The translations under genes were made by a program, and so were the position numbers. From assembly GCA_028534125.1 (NCBI GenBank), contig CM052817.1, positions 67,396,001 to 67,460,000 of the forward strand: a stretch of DNA of 64,000 nucleotides, given 5' to 3'. This stretch comes from Lama glama (lineage: Eukaryota). Below the pieces are notes generated by a model, which did not search any database, was not told where the DNA came from, and saw nothing but the letters and a program-made list of their open reading frames with translations. Shown here piece by piece: positions 13,375-25,388 of the stretch. Numbering within the stretch: the first letter of the stretch is position 1; every line of letters starts with the position of its first letter.

Positions 13375-14955
13375 TGTACCAGTTAGCTATTGCTGTGTAA
13401 CAATCCTTCCCATCCTGCCCACATCCCCCCACCATCCCCAACCAAAAAAAAAAAAAAAAGAAAGAAAGAAAGAAAAAAGAAAAAGGTCTCAGCAGCTTAA
13501 AACAATAGGCATATATTGTCTCTCATGCATCGTTATAAATCAGCTGGGTGGTTTTTCTGGTCTTAGCTAGGCTCACTCGTGCACCTGTGGTTAACTATAG
13601 GTCAAGTAAGTAGTTCTGGTGAGCGAAGCTGGGCAAATTGACCACGTGATCAATTGAACACCTGATCAATTTGCTGTAAGCTAGTCTTAGTCACTGATCG
13701 TCCATCAGGCCAGCCCAAGCTTAAGGCAGAGGCAGGGTCCCATAAGCAGAAGTGCACAAGGCCCTGTGTGGCCTAGGCTCAGAACAGGCACACCTCCACT
13801 TCCGCCTCATTCCTGGCCCAGATTTAAAAGATGCAAGTGAGACTGCACTTACTGATGGAGGAACTGCAAAGCCATTGCAAAAACATTTGTTTCAGGCTCT
13901 CCAAAACAAAGCAGCTTAAAACAGTCATATTATGTTTCTCACAGATTCTGTGAGTCACGAACTTGGACAGAATCAGTGGCTCATCTCTACCCCATTGTCT
14001 CAGGGAAGACTTTGAAGCCTAGGAGTGACTTGGCATCTGGGTGCCAGAATCATCTGAAGGCTCATTCACTCACAAGTCAGGAACCTGGGCTGAGGTCCCT
14101 GGGAGTGCTGGATGGGGAGCCCATGTGTAGCCTCCCCTTGTGGTCGAGCTTTCTCACAATACAGCAGCTGAAAGGTCAGACTCATTACACGGTAGTTCAG
14201 TCTGCCAGGCCAGGGCTCCATAGCAGAAGCTGCATCGCCTTCTATGACACAGTCTTGGAAGTCATACAGCAAAAATTCCACCATACTGTATTGGTCTAGG
14301 TGATCACAAGCCTGCCTGCCTGGACTCAAGGGGAGAGGAATCAGCTTCCATCTCTGGATAGGAAAGTGCCAGAACCACACTGTCAGGACAGGACGTATTG
14401 TTGCAGTCATCTTAGAAACATACAATCTGTTCTAATCCGTGCTCTAGCCACAGCAGTTCACATGCCCCCATATGCAAAATACACTCATCTCGTTCCTCAA
14501 AACCCCCATTATGGTAGTCCAGTAGCTTTTTATCTACACTGGGTCCAGCTGTGGATGAGGCTGATTGGGTACAGTGCTTTGAGCTCCTGGACTAGAGTCT
14601 CTCTGGTTCTCTGATTCTAGGGATCTGTGATCTAACAAGTCTCCCCGGCAGGCTACCCTGGAACAATGCTCTTAAGATTCTTAGGAGCCCTAGTTTTTAA
14701 CAGAAACTATCTAGAAGTCATGCCCTTAAGTCCTTAGAAAGATGGTCATCTGTTTGAAGGGTCTATGAAGTATGTCTCTTAATCTTTCTGCAGTCTTAAC
14801 AAAGGGTTATATCATCAGACCCTTGGCTTTATCCAGACCCTAACAGTTGAAACGGTTATGAGCCCATCTTGACCTCTTGATGGGACAGTGGCAAGATCAC
14901 ATTATGGAAGAACATACAATAGAGGAGATATTGTTGGAAAATAAAACCTGCCACT
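13375..14955 (-). mobile_element. Cluster of ERVL-MaLR (MLT1-type) LTRs with an internal fragment
   Basis: Starts tgtaccagttagctattgctgtgtaacaa; cagcttaaaaca occurs twice (about 13493 and 13912), marking two LTR copies; internal-like sequence at about 14430-14860; an LTR end at about 14865-14955. Confidence 0.8.
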
Positions 14956-15029
14956 AAAGTGATACCAGGAGGCCATGAACTGGATAAAATAGCAATGAAA
15001 TTAATTTACCACACCCTTCCTGTAAAATA

Positions 15030-15950
15030 ATTCATCTATTTTTTATACAAATATTTGTAGAGTGTCCTCTCTGTTTTAGGTAGAGTTATGGGCACTAGAA
15101 GTAAAGTAATAAACAAACAGACAAACATTCTACCCTTATAGTTCTTCATAGTCTCATCAGGGGCCAGCAATAAATAATAAGCATAATATATAGTATATTA
15201 GATAGTGATACATACAAAGAAGGAAAAAACACACAGGAAGGGAGACAGAAAGCACACATGGTGGATTGCCATGTTAGACATTATTACTAGGAAAGGCCTC
15301 ACTTACACAAAAATATTGGAGCAAAGACCTAAAGGAGGTGAGAGAGTGAGCCACATAGACACTGGAGGAAGAGGACTCCAGGTAGAAAGCACAGGAGGTG
15401 CCAAGTTCCTAAGGCAGTAGTGGGCCTGGCATGTGCTGAAGGAATAGCGATGGACTGAGGAAGTGGTAGGAAATGAGGTCCCAGTGGGAATGTGGGCCAT
15501 GTTATGTAGGGAACTATTGGCCATGGTCAGTGATTTGGCATTGACTCTGAGAGAGAGGGGAAGCAATTGATGGATTCTTAGCTCATAAATGAAATGAACT
15601 GACTCCCCTTGTAACAGACTCACTCTGGCTCCTTTGTTGAGAACAGACTAATGGAAGCATGGACAGCATAGGGAACCTGGTTCAGAAGCAACTGAAATCA
15701 TACAGATAAATGGGCTAAGATAGTAGCAATGACGGTGATGAGAAGTCATCTGATCCTGCATGTATTCTGATGGGAACAACAGCTCCTGATGACGTAGGGG
15801 CTGTAGACTACAAGAAAAGAGTCAAGGATGATGCCAAAATCTTTGGGTTGAACAACTGGGTAGATTTACTGGAAAGATGAAGCTGGGAAAGTATGAAGAG
15901 AAAAGGAGGGCTAGGTGCCTGAATGTTCTGCTGAGATTTAAAAGGAGCAT
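15030..15950 (-). mobile_element. L2 LINE (3' portion)
   Basis: Typical antisense L2 text (gagcaaagacctaaaggaggtgagagagtgagccac...gagtcaaggatgatgccaaaatctttgg). Confidence 0.85.
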
Positions 15951-16370
15951 CTGATTCAAAAATTGATTCTTCTTTGCAAGACCAAAAATACCTGTGAGTT
16001 GTTTCTTTGTTTAACAAACAAGGATACAGATAAATGAGTTGTATCCTTTGAGAAAAAGGAAAGCTGTCCTCACCCAGTATTATGTCAAACAAGACAGCTC
16101 AGGAGTCTCTCCAGCAGCTCATGTCTTTCCCACACTTCAAGGATCCCCTTGTGAATGGTTTCCACGAGCTAAAATTTTCACCTAGGCTCCCATCCTTTTT
16201 ATCTTGAATATTTTCAGCTTCCAAATAGCTAGGGTTCTTAAGATGTCAAAAACCTTTCTGGGTGAGCATAGCCTTGTCATAAATGGGAAACTTTGAGGTA
16301 TAAACGCTGAAAGGGACAACTCCTCTTTAATTGCATTGATTATTATCAGCTGTCAGTCAACGGTACTTAC

Positions 16371-16404
16371 CCCACCTGCTGACTAATCCCAAAGCACATT
16401 TATC
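16371..16404 (-). other. Candidate 34-nt exon (unknown, probably non-coding transcript)
   Basis: Minus strand: cctttgcgtttcacctttgcttttgtctag|GATAAATGTGCTTTGGGATTAGTCAGCAGGTGGG|gtaagt. It has a long pyrimidine tract, AG and a consensus donor. Confidence 0.4.
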
Positions 16405-17059
16405 CTAGACAAAAGCAAAGGTGAAACGCAAAGGCTGACAGTTTCAGCTGTTAACAATAGTCATTAATTAACCATTTGGCAGAAGAGCTTCTAACTAGTC
16501 ACTGAAACCTTATTGTTATTATCAACACATTTCTTGGGGACCCAGCCAGTTCTCAGGATCCAAAAATGACATAAAATGCAGCCACTGTTGTTGCATGGTT
16601 TACAATCTATTAAAACACACAAATTTTTCAGGTGTCTACGTTTGCTCAAGGTCCTAGTCTGTAATACGGAGAGAGAGAGAACATCAAAGACAAGAGAAGA
16701 CAAAAAGAGGAAAAGAGTTCACTATGTTTACATGAAGAATATGTTTACCTAAAAGCTTCTAAGTGATGTGTTGATGGAAGTGACTTATCTGTTCAATCCA
16801 ATTCTATCAATGAGAACTTTCTTTCCTCAAAATTTTCTGCTGCTTATGTCATTCTGAAAGTGTTACTCTTGACATGCAGAAAAGACACTAATGCAATGTT
16901 TAATGGCAAAAATAGAAGCTTAAAGTAATAGAGGAAGCAGTAGAAGGAAGAAGAATGAAAGCACCATGAAGAGAAGGACTATGATTGCAAATTCCCAGGA
17001 CTTAGGAAGGAGACCGGCACACAGCAGGTACTCTACAGTTAATATTTCCTAAAGGATGT

Positions 17060-17085
17060 GGATGGATGGATGGATGGATGGATGG
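17060..17085. repeat. (GGAT)n microsatellite at an L2 3' tail
   Basis: gatggatggatggatggatggatgga following an L2-like end (ggcacacagcaggtactc). Confidence 0.85.
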
Positions 17086-17389
17086 AGACATGACTAAATT
17101 GAATAAAGACATTCAAAACTGCAATTATGAAATTTAGACCAAAAATATTCACTTGGGACATGGGAGTGGGAAATTTTCCTTTAATTAGTTAGTGACAGAA
17201 CTATGACTCTTGCTCTCTGGTTCACAGTTTCCTCACCTTGTAAAGAAGATAATTGGATATTTAAGGTGATTTTCTCTGTCTAAAATAAGCAACAGAGATA
17301 ATGATGATTTTTAATCTTTTGAAACATTCATCTGTGGTTCATCTCTGAACCAGTAAATTGGGAAACTTTATAAAAGAACACTATTAGTT

Positions 17390-17585
17390 CTAACTTACAC
17401 ATTAATTCAGTTTCAAATTTCATAATCCTACAAGGTAAGATATCATTATATGCCTCATTATACAGATGAGGAAACTGAGGTTTAAATAGGTAAATATTTT
17501 GCCAAGGTCATAGAGGAGGGCATGGTAGAGCTGGGACTTGAAATCAGACCTGTCTAATTCTGATTCCTATGATCTTAACTGTTAT
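17390..17585 (-). mobile_element. MIR SINE
   Basis: cattatacagatgaggaaactgagg...gccaaggtcatag...agagctgggacttgaa, the antisense MIR core. Confidence 0.85.
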
Positions 17586-18286
17586 CTGTTATTTCATACA
17601 GCTTATTTTGTAAGAATTGTGTGTGTACGTGTGCGTGTGTAAAGTGTCCATTATTTGAGAAGAGGTGCAAATTTGCTTCCTGACACCCAGGCAGATCATC
17701 AGTGTTGCTGGGCTGGACACAGGATTAGGACGAGGAGGTTCCATCAAGCATGAAGCAAGGCAAAGATGAACATCCTGTGTCAGTGTGTACAGGAGTCAGC
17801 CACAAGCAAGAGGACAGACAGCGGGGCACACAGAACTAAAATACAGGATATTTTTGAGGGATTGAGGAGAAGGAGGACAGTTTGAAATCCTGGAAAGTGG
17901 ACAGAAATTAGGAAATACATCAGAATAGAAAGAGTCAGACAGCAGCAAGCAGGAGAGCAGAGCCCACAATAGTGTCCAGAGCTCTTCATCACTGAAGTGC
18001 ATCCCTCCCTCAGGGGACTCTGTACCACTGCACATAGCGGGCGCAAACTCTGGATTGCAGCACTAGGCACAGCATGAAGAAGCGGAATTGGCAGCTCTGG
18101 GCTAAGGGGACAAGGGATCAGTAGCAGCTGCTGGTGAGCGGCTCCTGACACCTTAGCGTGCCGTCTTCGCTCTTGAGAGCTTGCTATCTGTTCAGTACCT
18201 TTTGCAGGAGGAAATTGGCTTGGCAGCCTCTATCGTAGCTTCCCAGCTGGAAGAGTGCAATTACAGATTGCTGGAGTCCACCACGG

Positions 18287-18340
18287 CTGACAGGCTCTTC
18301 CTTTTTTTCCCCTGTCAGGAGGAAGTGACTCATAGCAACC
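18287..18340. promoter_or_regulatory. Composite ETS/AP-1/RFX-half motif cluster
   Basis: gaggaagt (18319-18326) overlaps tgactca (18326-18332) and catagcaac (18331-18339); inverted ctgacagg/cctgtcag pair upstream. Confidence 0.35.
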
Positions 18341-18559
18341 GTATACTGGTGTCATATATATGGCTCTGCCCTCCCCACGCCTCTGACCCTACCCCCGCCA
18401 CACTCACCACCGATGTGAATCTACTTTCCTATTTCTACATCTCAAGTTGCTGGTATTGGCAAGACACTGTGATAGGTGGAGGATATGAAAAGATGAATGA
18501 GATATTTTTCCTGCCTTTGAGGAGTTCACAATCCATAAAAAAGAGGAGCATATAAACCA

Positions 18560-18830
18560 ATAATCACAGCTAACAGGTATGGGGCACTGTAATAAGGTAT
18601 GATTACTCAGGGCAGGTGCTATTATGTCTATTGTATGTATTAACTCATTTAATCCTCAAACCCACCCTATGAGGTAGGGGCTATCTTAGCCTCCTCCCTT
18701 CACAGATCACAAACCTGCAGCATGGAGGGGCTAAATCAATCACTCAAGGTTATTCAACTCATAAAAGTCAGAACCAGAATTTCAAACCAAACAGTATGGC
18801 TACCAAGCCTGGTTTTTAAAGATAATGATG
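18560..18830 (-). mobile_element. MIR SINE
   Basis: tattaactcatttaatcctca...ccctatgaggtagg, antisense MIR. Confidence 0.8.
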
Positions 18831-20699
18831 TACTGCATCCTCACAAAGACAGAATGACTGAATACAGTGATAAGGGCAAGAAGCGAGACATGCAGAAGGG
18901 GCAAGAGGGCCACATGAAAAGTGCAGATTTTGGAGTGTGTGGGGTTCTGTCAACTGTCTTGTGAGTTTGAACACACTCCTCGAATGTTCTGGGTCTCAAA
19001 TTATTCGTGGAGAGAACACCACCTAACCTTCAAGTGTTGTTGTAAGGACAAGAAGACATCAAAAATACGACCACAGTGTGTGGCACACATTCAGTACCTC
19101 ATGAATGATGCTCGCAATTTATCGAGGCTGTGGGTTGCTATTTTGTTATCAGCGTGATGACACATGTAAGTGTTGTGGAGACAAAAACGACCGATTCTGT
19201 CTGAGTGAGCAGGGAAGGGGCTGAAAGGAAGGACTGTGAGGCTCGCCAAAGCAGGTGGCATCTGAACTGTGTCTAGAACGATCAGCAGCAATTTTCTAGC
19301 CAGATAGGGAGTAGGACAGCATTCTAATTAAATGCAACAACATGTTTGGGAAATATCAAGTTTTTTGGTGTGGATCATTTATGGGGGTATGACGATTTGG
19401 AGACAAATCATGAAAGGCCTTCCAAATCATTAAAGTTAGCCCTGAAGACATACAATGCTAAAGGTTATATGGTAACTCAGCAGTTTTCTGGAGCTTTCTA
19501 AATTAGTTTTTTTTTTAAATAGAGTAATGTCCTTTCTTTCTTCTAAATATTTTAAAACACATTAACACTGCTCCATAACACAGGTATACAGTGTTTCAAC
19601 AGCCAGCCAAACTTAGTTGCATTTTCCCCGAGTTAGCATGTGTCCCCCTCTTCTGTCTACAGTTTATGAGCAAATCAACTAGCGTATAGAGGGGGATGAT
19701 GAAGAAACGTGGCAGAAATGTTCCCTTTAATTACTTGCTGGAACTGTTGCCTTTACTGATCACCTACCTTTGACCCAGACAAAAACTGTTAAAACTCATT
19801 GCCCCTCAAATTGGATAAAAACCCATTTCTTGGTTGTTGTTAAAATTAATTCTTTCTGAGAAGGGTGAGTAACCTATACAGAGAGGACAAAACTCTTGCT
19901 TGCATGACTTGCACAGACTTGTGTGACATCATTTACTTTCTGTATTTCCAAGATTAAAACAAAACAAAAGCATGCCAAGAAATAAAAACTTCACCAATAA
20001 AATAACAGTTTTTGAAACAGTGAGTAAAATAAGTATATGAATTTTTTGAAGATTGAAGAAGTGGGAAAGCAAAATGCTATTGTTTCCTTTGGGCTTTAGT
20101 CAGAGGGCTCATCTCAACTGCGGTGGTCTTGTGGCCATGCCTGAAACCCAACGAGGAAATCTCACCTGCTCTTGCTGGAAGGTAGGATTGTCAAGACTGC
20201 AATTGGACAACTAGTTGACTTTTCAGCCCTTACTGCTCTTGTAAATGATTCTCATTTCATCACCTTCCTTTTCTCACGTGGCCCTGGAGTTCACAAAATG
20301 ATTACATAGTAGATAGTTGTATCACTTGATACAACTGCTTATTTACTATTCTATCAGAGATATCGTAGTTGTTTTAATGAAATACCAGATAACCTGGATT
20401 ACTCAGAGGAATGCCTAGCACTTTGAGGGAACAGAGGTTTATTCGACTATTCCTTAGTGAAGAAAGTTATAACATACCATCCTTTGTGCTTCCTTTTCTG
20501 GGGTTTGCAGACTACAAGATTAATCTTTTCTTAGAAGTTCATCAGGCTAACTCCTTAACCATTTTTATTGCCCATCTTATCTCAGATGTGTTTCTTCCCA
20601 TTTTCCTAAATTTGGGTGCATTGATAAATACCCAATTGGTTTCATTATTTAAATCCTAGTCTCATTAGAACTTTATAGAGAAACAGTGTTTTCCTCTCT

Positions 20700-21120
20700 T
20701 GTAAAGTGAAAATTTAATATAGCTAGTCCTCAAATACTGTATTAGTTTTTAATTCCATTACATTATTACTAAAGTCAAATCTTCTGTAAGAAGACATTAC
20801 ATTCTTTCTGAACATTACATATGCCTTGCTTCTCCTTCCATAGAATGACTATTTAAAAAGTTTTTATACCCATTGTATCATCTGATTTTTTAAGTAAAAA
20901 GTTATTTTTTTCTCACATTCACTTTTTCCAATCATTTATCCATCTTGTCATTATACATACTAACAGCACCCTTCAATTTAGTACCATCTGCAAATTTCAT
21001 TAACATATTGTTTACTCCCATCTCCAGGGGATTAATGTGGATATTAAACATGACTATATCTAACATCAATCCCTTCAGGACTTGGTTGGATATTTCTTTG
21101 ATAAAAAATAGCATTATTCA
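20700..21120 (-). mobile_element. L3/CR1 LINE fragment, reverse transcriptase domain
   Basis: ORF 20932-21114(-) reads VLKGLMLDIVMFNIHINPLEMGVNNMLMKFADGTKLKG, matching the CR1 RT motif VPQGSVLGPVLFNIFINDL...KFADDTKLGG. Confidence 0.85.
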
Positions 21121-22709
21121 TCATTATTCCTCATTTGTAGTTTTTCTATCCACTTTCTTTTTTGGTGGCATGAGAATGTTCAATGCAACTTAATTTTAAC
21201 ATTTAAGAGACTCTCTAAGATGACTAAAATCAAATATGTTCTTCCTGCTGCATTTCTCACATTCATTAAGGATAATTCTGTAAAAATTATTGGCAACCTC
21301 ATTGACCTGTAAAATTAATCTGTAAATCCAAGTTATCTTTGAAACATGATGCATTTATCTTGGAGGGGTTTAAAGGTCTACAAAGCTTTTTTAGGACTTT
21401 ATAATATTGCTGGTCTTCTTAAAGTCAGTCTGAGAGGCACCATTTATATTTCATTTTCAAATATTAATTCCTAGGCAACTTAAGACATACTTGTGTTTTT
21501 TGGTGATATGAATATGAACATACTTCAGTAGAATTCAGTTGGCTTTCCACTCCATTCTAATTTTACTTGCCTTCTAATTTGAATGATTGTGAGAAATACC
21601 TCTTCCAGTTGAGGCAGATGGAAAGAGGGCCATGTGTATTACTACTTTCAGTACATTTTCCCATAACAGAACAGATATTCACACAGTAAATACTAGTAAG
21701 CCTTTGTTGGGTTTTTTTGTTTGTTTTTTTTTAAGTTGGCCTCCATTTTATTGGTCGCACATGGAATAGTAATCAATTAGTGTTTTTTTTCTATCTCCCC
21801 TGCAGTACAGAGATTTAAATTATCTAATCAAAGGCTACGTAGAAATGATAATTTAAATGAAAATGTCCCCTACATAGCTGTCAAGATGTTCCTAACACAT
21901 AACTTGAGTCATATGATTATGAAGTAATTCCCATAACAACAAAATTTGTTTTATTTAATCAAATACTCTCATTTCATCAGAAGTTCTATCATTACACATG
22001 AAGAAGTTTGACACTGTAGTAGTCATTTTCCTATGTCCCATTTCTCTTCCTCAACCAGATTAAGCCAACTCATCATGCTAATTTCACTCTTTTTAGGGAT
22101 GGGGAGGACTAAGGCATTGTGGGCCCATGAAAGGGTAGGAGACACTTGCCAGTGGTTCTGGGAAAGGAGTACTTTCTCAGGAATTCAGTATCTTCTCTCT
22201 TCACTCCCTGACTTCTCCTCATCACCCCTTGACTTCTCCCATCCCAAGCCATGTGACTAGGCACAAAACCCAGATTACCACTGGCAGCAACCTTGCCACA
22301 ATAGAGGAACCTGAGACTGGACTCTGAACGTGGCCAGCCAAGTAGACAGAAAGAACCTGGTCCACGTGATTCCACTGAACCAGTGGAAGAACCTGGGACC
22401 TACCCCACAGAACAGCATAGCTAGCTCTGGGCTTGCTCATTTACAAACACACAAATGCCCTCTCTCTAAAAGTCTATCCAAAGAGGATTTCTGTTACACA
22501 GAGCCAAAAGCTCATTTAGATATTAAGCATATACTTTGTGAGCTTAAACTGAGCAGGAGAGTGAACATTCTGTATAGAATCTGGTAAGCATCTAGATGTT
22601 TGTTCAGATTAGACATGAAAATCAAACTTTTCCAGCTTAATGCATATTCTATACCACAAACGCCTAGTAAGGAGAAGTTCTATAACCAGTCCAAGGTCAG
22701 AGAGTTAGT

Positions 22710-22830
22710 AAGTACAGAGTTACCATATGATCCAGTAATCCCACTCCTGGGCATACAGCTAGAGAAAACTCTAATTCAAAAAGACACATGCACCCCAATG
22801 TTCACAGCAGCACTATTTACAATAGCTAAG
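22710..22830 (+). mobile_element. L1 ORF2 C-terminal fragment running into the gap
   Basis: Reads ELPYDPVIPLLGI...[17 protein letters not shown], the canonical L1 ORF2 C-terminus. Confidence 0.95.
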
Positions 22831-23330
22831 NNNNNNNNNNNNNNNNNNNNNNNNNNNNNNNNNNNNNNNNNNNNNNNNNNNNNNNNNNNNNNNNNNNNNN
22901 NNNNNNNNNNNNNNNNNNNNNNNNNNNNNNNNNNNNNNNNNNNNNNNNNNNNNNNNNNNNNNNNNNNNNNNNNNNNNNNNNNNNNNNNNNNNNNNNNNNN
23001 NNNNNNNNNNNNNNNNNNNNNNNNNNNNNNNNNNNNNNNNNNNNNNNNNNNNNNNNNNNNNNNNNNNNNNNNNNNNNNNNNNNNNNNNNNNNNNNNNNNN
23101 NNNNNNNNNNNNNNNNNNNNNNNNNNNNNNNNNNNNNNNNNNNNNNNNNNNNNNNNNNNNNNNNNNNNNNNNNNNNNNNNNNNNNNNNNNNNNNNNNNNN
23201 NNNNNNNNNNNNNNNNNNNNNNNNNNNNNNNNNNNNNNNNNNNNNNNNNNNNNNNNNNNNNNNNNNNNNNNNNNNNNNNNNNNNNNNNNNNNNNNNNNNN
23301 NNNNNNNNNNNNNNNNNNNNNNNNNNNNNN
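22831..23330. other. Assembly gap (500 N)
   Basis: Exactly 500 N; probably hides the rest of the young L1 3' end. Confidence 0.99.
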
Positions 23331-23679
23331 ATCTCTCAGGATCTGTATATATGTCGGTGCGGTAGTTATATACATGTTGGAAGGAATCTGTCACTTTATC
23401 CTGAACTAAAATCTAAATTTCCTTTGACAAAATGTTCCAGCTGAACTTTTCTTCCATACAAACATGTTTGGCCTTATTAGGGAAGATTCTTAGCTAACCG
23501 TGTATTTGCTCTTGTACGTACAGTCAAAGAGGTGCACTGTGCAGTCACATCACTCTGACATCTAAAAAGGCAGGTGGTTATGAGGCACTCAGGACAACCA
23601 GATACCTGGAATTCCACAGGAAGAAAAATATGATTACTCTGAGATGGAGAATAAGTAATGGAAATAACCAGTGTCTATA

Positions 23680-23890
23680 GTGGTCTAGTTAACCTCAGTT
23701 GGAATTCTGTTCTGCTGTTTGTCAGATATATGACACTGGAAATTTCCTTAACCTACCTGGGATTCAGGTTTGTCTTCAGTAAAATGAGGGAAATAATAAC
23801 TTACCTTGCAATACTGTTGTCATGATCAGCCACAAAATACAGGGCCTGATACATACTGTGTGTTTAGTAAGTGATAGTCATTATTGTACA
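23680..23890 (+). mobile_element. MIR SINE
   Basis: ccttaacctacctgggattcaggtttgtcttcagtaaaatgagggaaataataacttacct, MIR core. Confidence 0.7.
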
Positions 23891-24142
23891 TATTATTGAT
23901 CTTACCCCAACATAACTCTTGAGATTAGGGAAAGTTTTCTCATGACATAGAAAAAATGCAATTTAAAGTAAGAAATAAGTGGTTTCATCAATACTGCTTC
24001 ATTGAAATAAGATAGTAGAAGAAGTGGAAAAGTTGCTACTTCTCCGAAAAGAAACTGAAAGGCATACCTTCTCACCCTATAAAGACATGATACACTGAAA
24101 TATTGACAGCGGTCAGGCAGACAACATAAATGATTAAAGCAG

Positions 24143-24597
24143 ATGTATATCCAGGTTCCAGGCTTGTTTGCCTTCAGATATCTATGCCTTCCTTTCCTTG
24201 CTCTGCTCTGTCCCATAGAAGGGTTCATCCCTGCAGGATGCATTCCCCAGTCTCCTCGGTCAGCTGGCTTCCTGCAAGGTGAAGTCAACAGTGGGCCAGA
24301 AGGCAAAGGTAAAGAGGGAAGCCAAGTTATCCCTGCCCTCTTTTCCTCTAACAGCTTCTCCAGCAACAGCTGCATCTCCTATGGTTCCAGTACCTGTGAG
24401 TAGTCATGGCCCCTGGGCTCCTACAACACTGTCCCCTTTTTTTCTCCAGCCAAGTGGTAGAAACAGCTCCTTGCTATGTCAGTCTCTGGTTTGCTTCACA
24501 TTTCCATGATTCTCTCCTCTACTCCATCACCTGTGTCACTAGTTTCCTATGTTACAGTTCTGGTTTCTCTATTCCTGGTTAGATTCTGACTGATGGA
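24143..24597 (+). mobile_element. ERVL solo LTR (LTR33/LTR41-like)
   Basis: ccttgctctgctctgtcccatagaaggg...gcattccccagtctcctcggtcagctggcttcc; ends tttctctattcctggttagattctgactgat. Confidence 0.65.
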
Positions 24598-24689
24598 ATC
24601 TATAAGCTGAGACACAAGAATAACTGACAAGATTCCAGGAATGGTGGGAACCTTCCGGCCACCTGCTCCTCGCCTATGGTCAGTTGGCA

Positions 24690-24860
24690 TATTGTAGGAG
24701 CACGGACGTAGTATGGTCAAAAACTTTCCAAATTTTCACAAGAAGCTGAACATTCATATTTTTACATAAAATCTGCTGTCTAGAAAACATTGGCAGCTAA
24801 TTGAAAAGATTGCAGGCCAAATTAAACATCTCTGCAGACCCCATATAACTTGAAGGTTAG
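24690..24860 (+). mobile_element. hAT-Charlie DNA transposon remnant (MER103-like)
   Basis: ttttcacaagaagctgaacattcatatttttacataaaatct...ttggcagctaatt...gcaggccaaattaaacatctctgcag. Confidence 0.55.
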
Positions 24861-24985
24861 AAATGTATAACTTCCACTTACAACTTATGTAACAGTTTAT
24901 TACTTTTTTCTCAGTGTGAAGTCTTCTGCCAGGCTTATGTACAGAGAACCCCATAGCCATTCTATGAAAAATTCATTTCTCTACT

Positions 24986-25388
24986 GTATTTCTTTAGGTA
25001 ATGCTAGGTACTCTAACAAATAAATCCCCCAATATTAGTGCCTTAACACAACAGAAATTTCTTTCTCATTCATGTAATAGTTTGGTGCAATTGTTCCCTT
25101 TTGGCCAGAGGCTTTTCCCTACACAGCCATCCAGGATTACGAGGATTATGTCTCTACCATCTCCTGGGGCCTGAAGTCCTCTGCATCCAACTGGCAGGTG
25201 GGGAAGAGAGAGTGGAGAAGGCTTGCCCACTGGTAACCATCTTGGCATACATCCCTTTGGAGACAGCTAGTCACACGACCACACCTAAAGGAATATTGCC
25301 TTGGCTGGGCAGCTGTTTTCCAGTCCCAGGTGTACACTGTAGGAAAAGTGTGACTTCTAGTGTACAGATAGCTGCGACTGCCACTCCC
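24986..25388 (-). mobile_element. ERVL-MaLR solo LTR (MLT1J-like)
   Basis: taggtaatgctaggtactctaacaaataaatccccc...gccttaacacaacagaaatttctttctcattcatgt. Confidence 0.75.

Noticed and set aside
17690..18200. Possible processed pseudogene or coding exon in GC-richer unique sequence
   Set aside because: Translations match no protein family I recognise; no poly(A) or TSD.
19245..19262. CTCF-like aagcaggtggca
   Set aside because: Lacks the conserved CC at the motif's 5' end; too weak without data.
22600..23409. Long ORFs of 193-269 aa
   Set aside because: Artefacts of reading through 500 N; the real part is an L1 ORF2 fragment.
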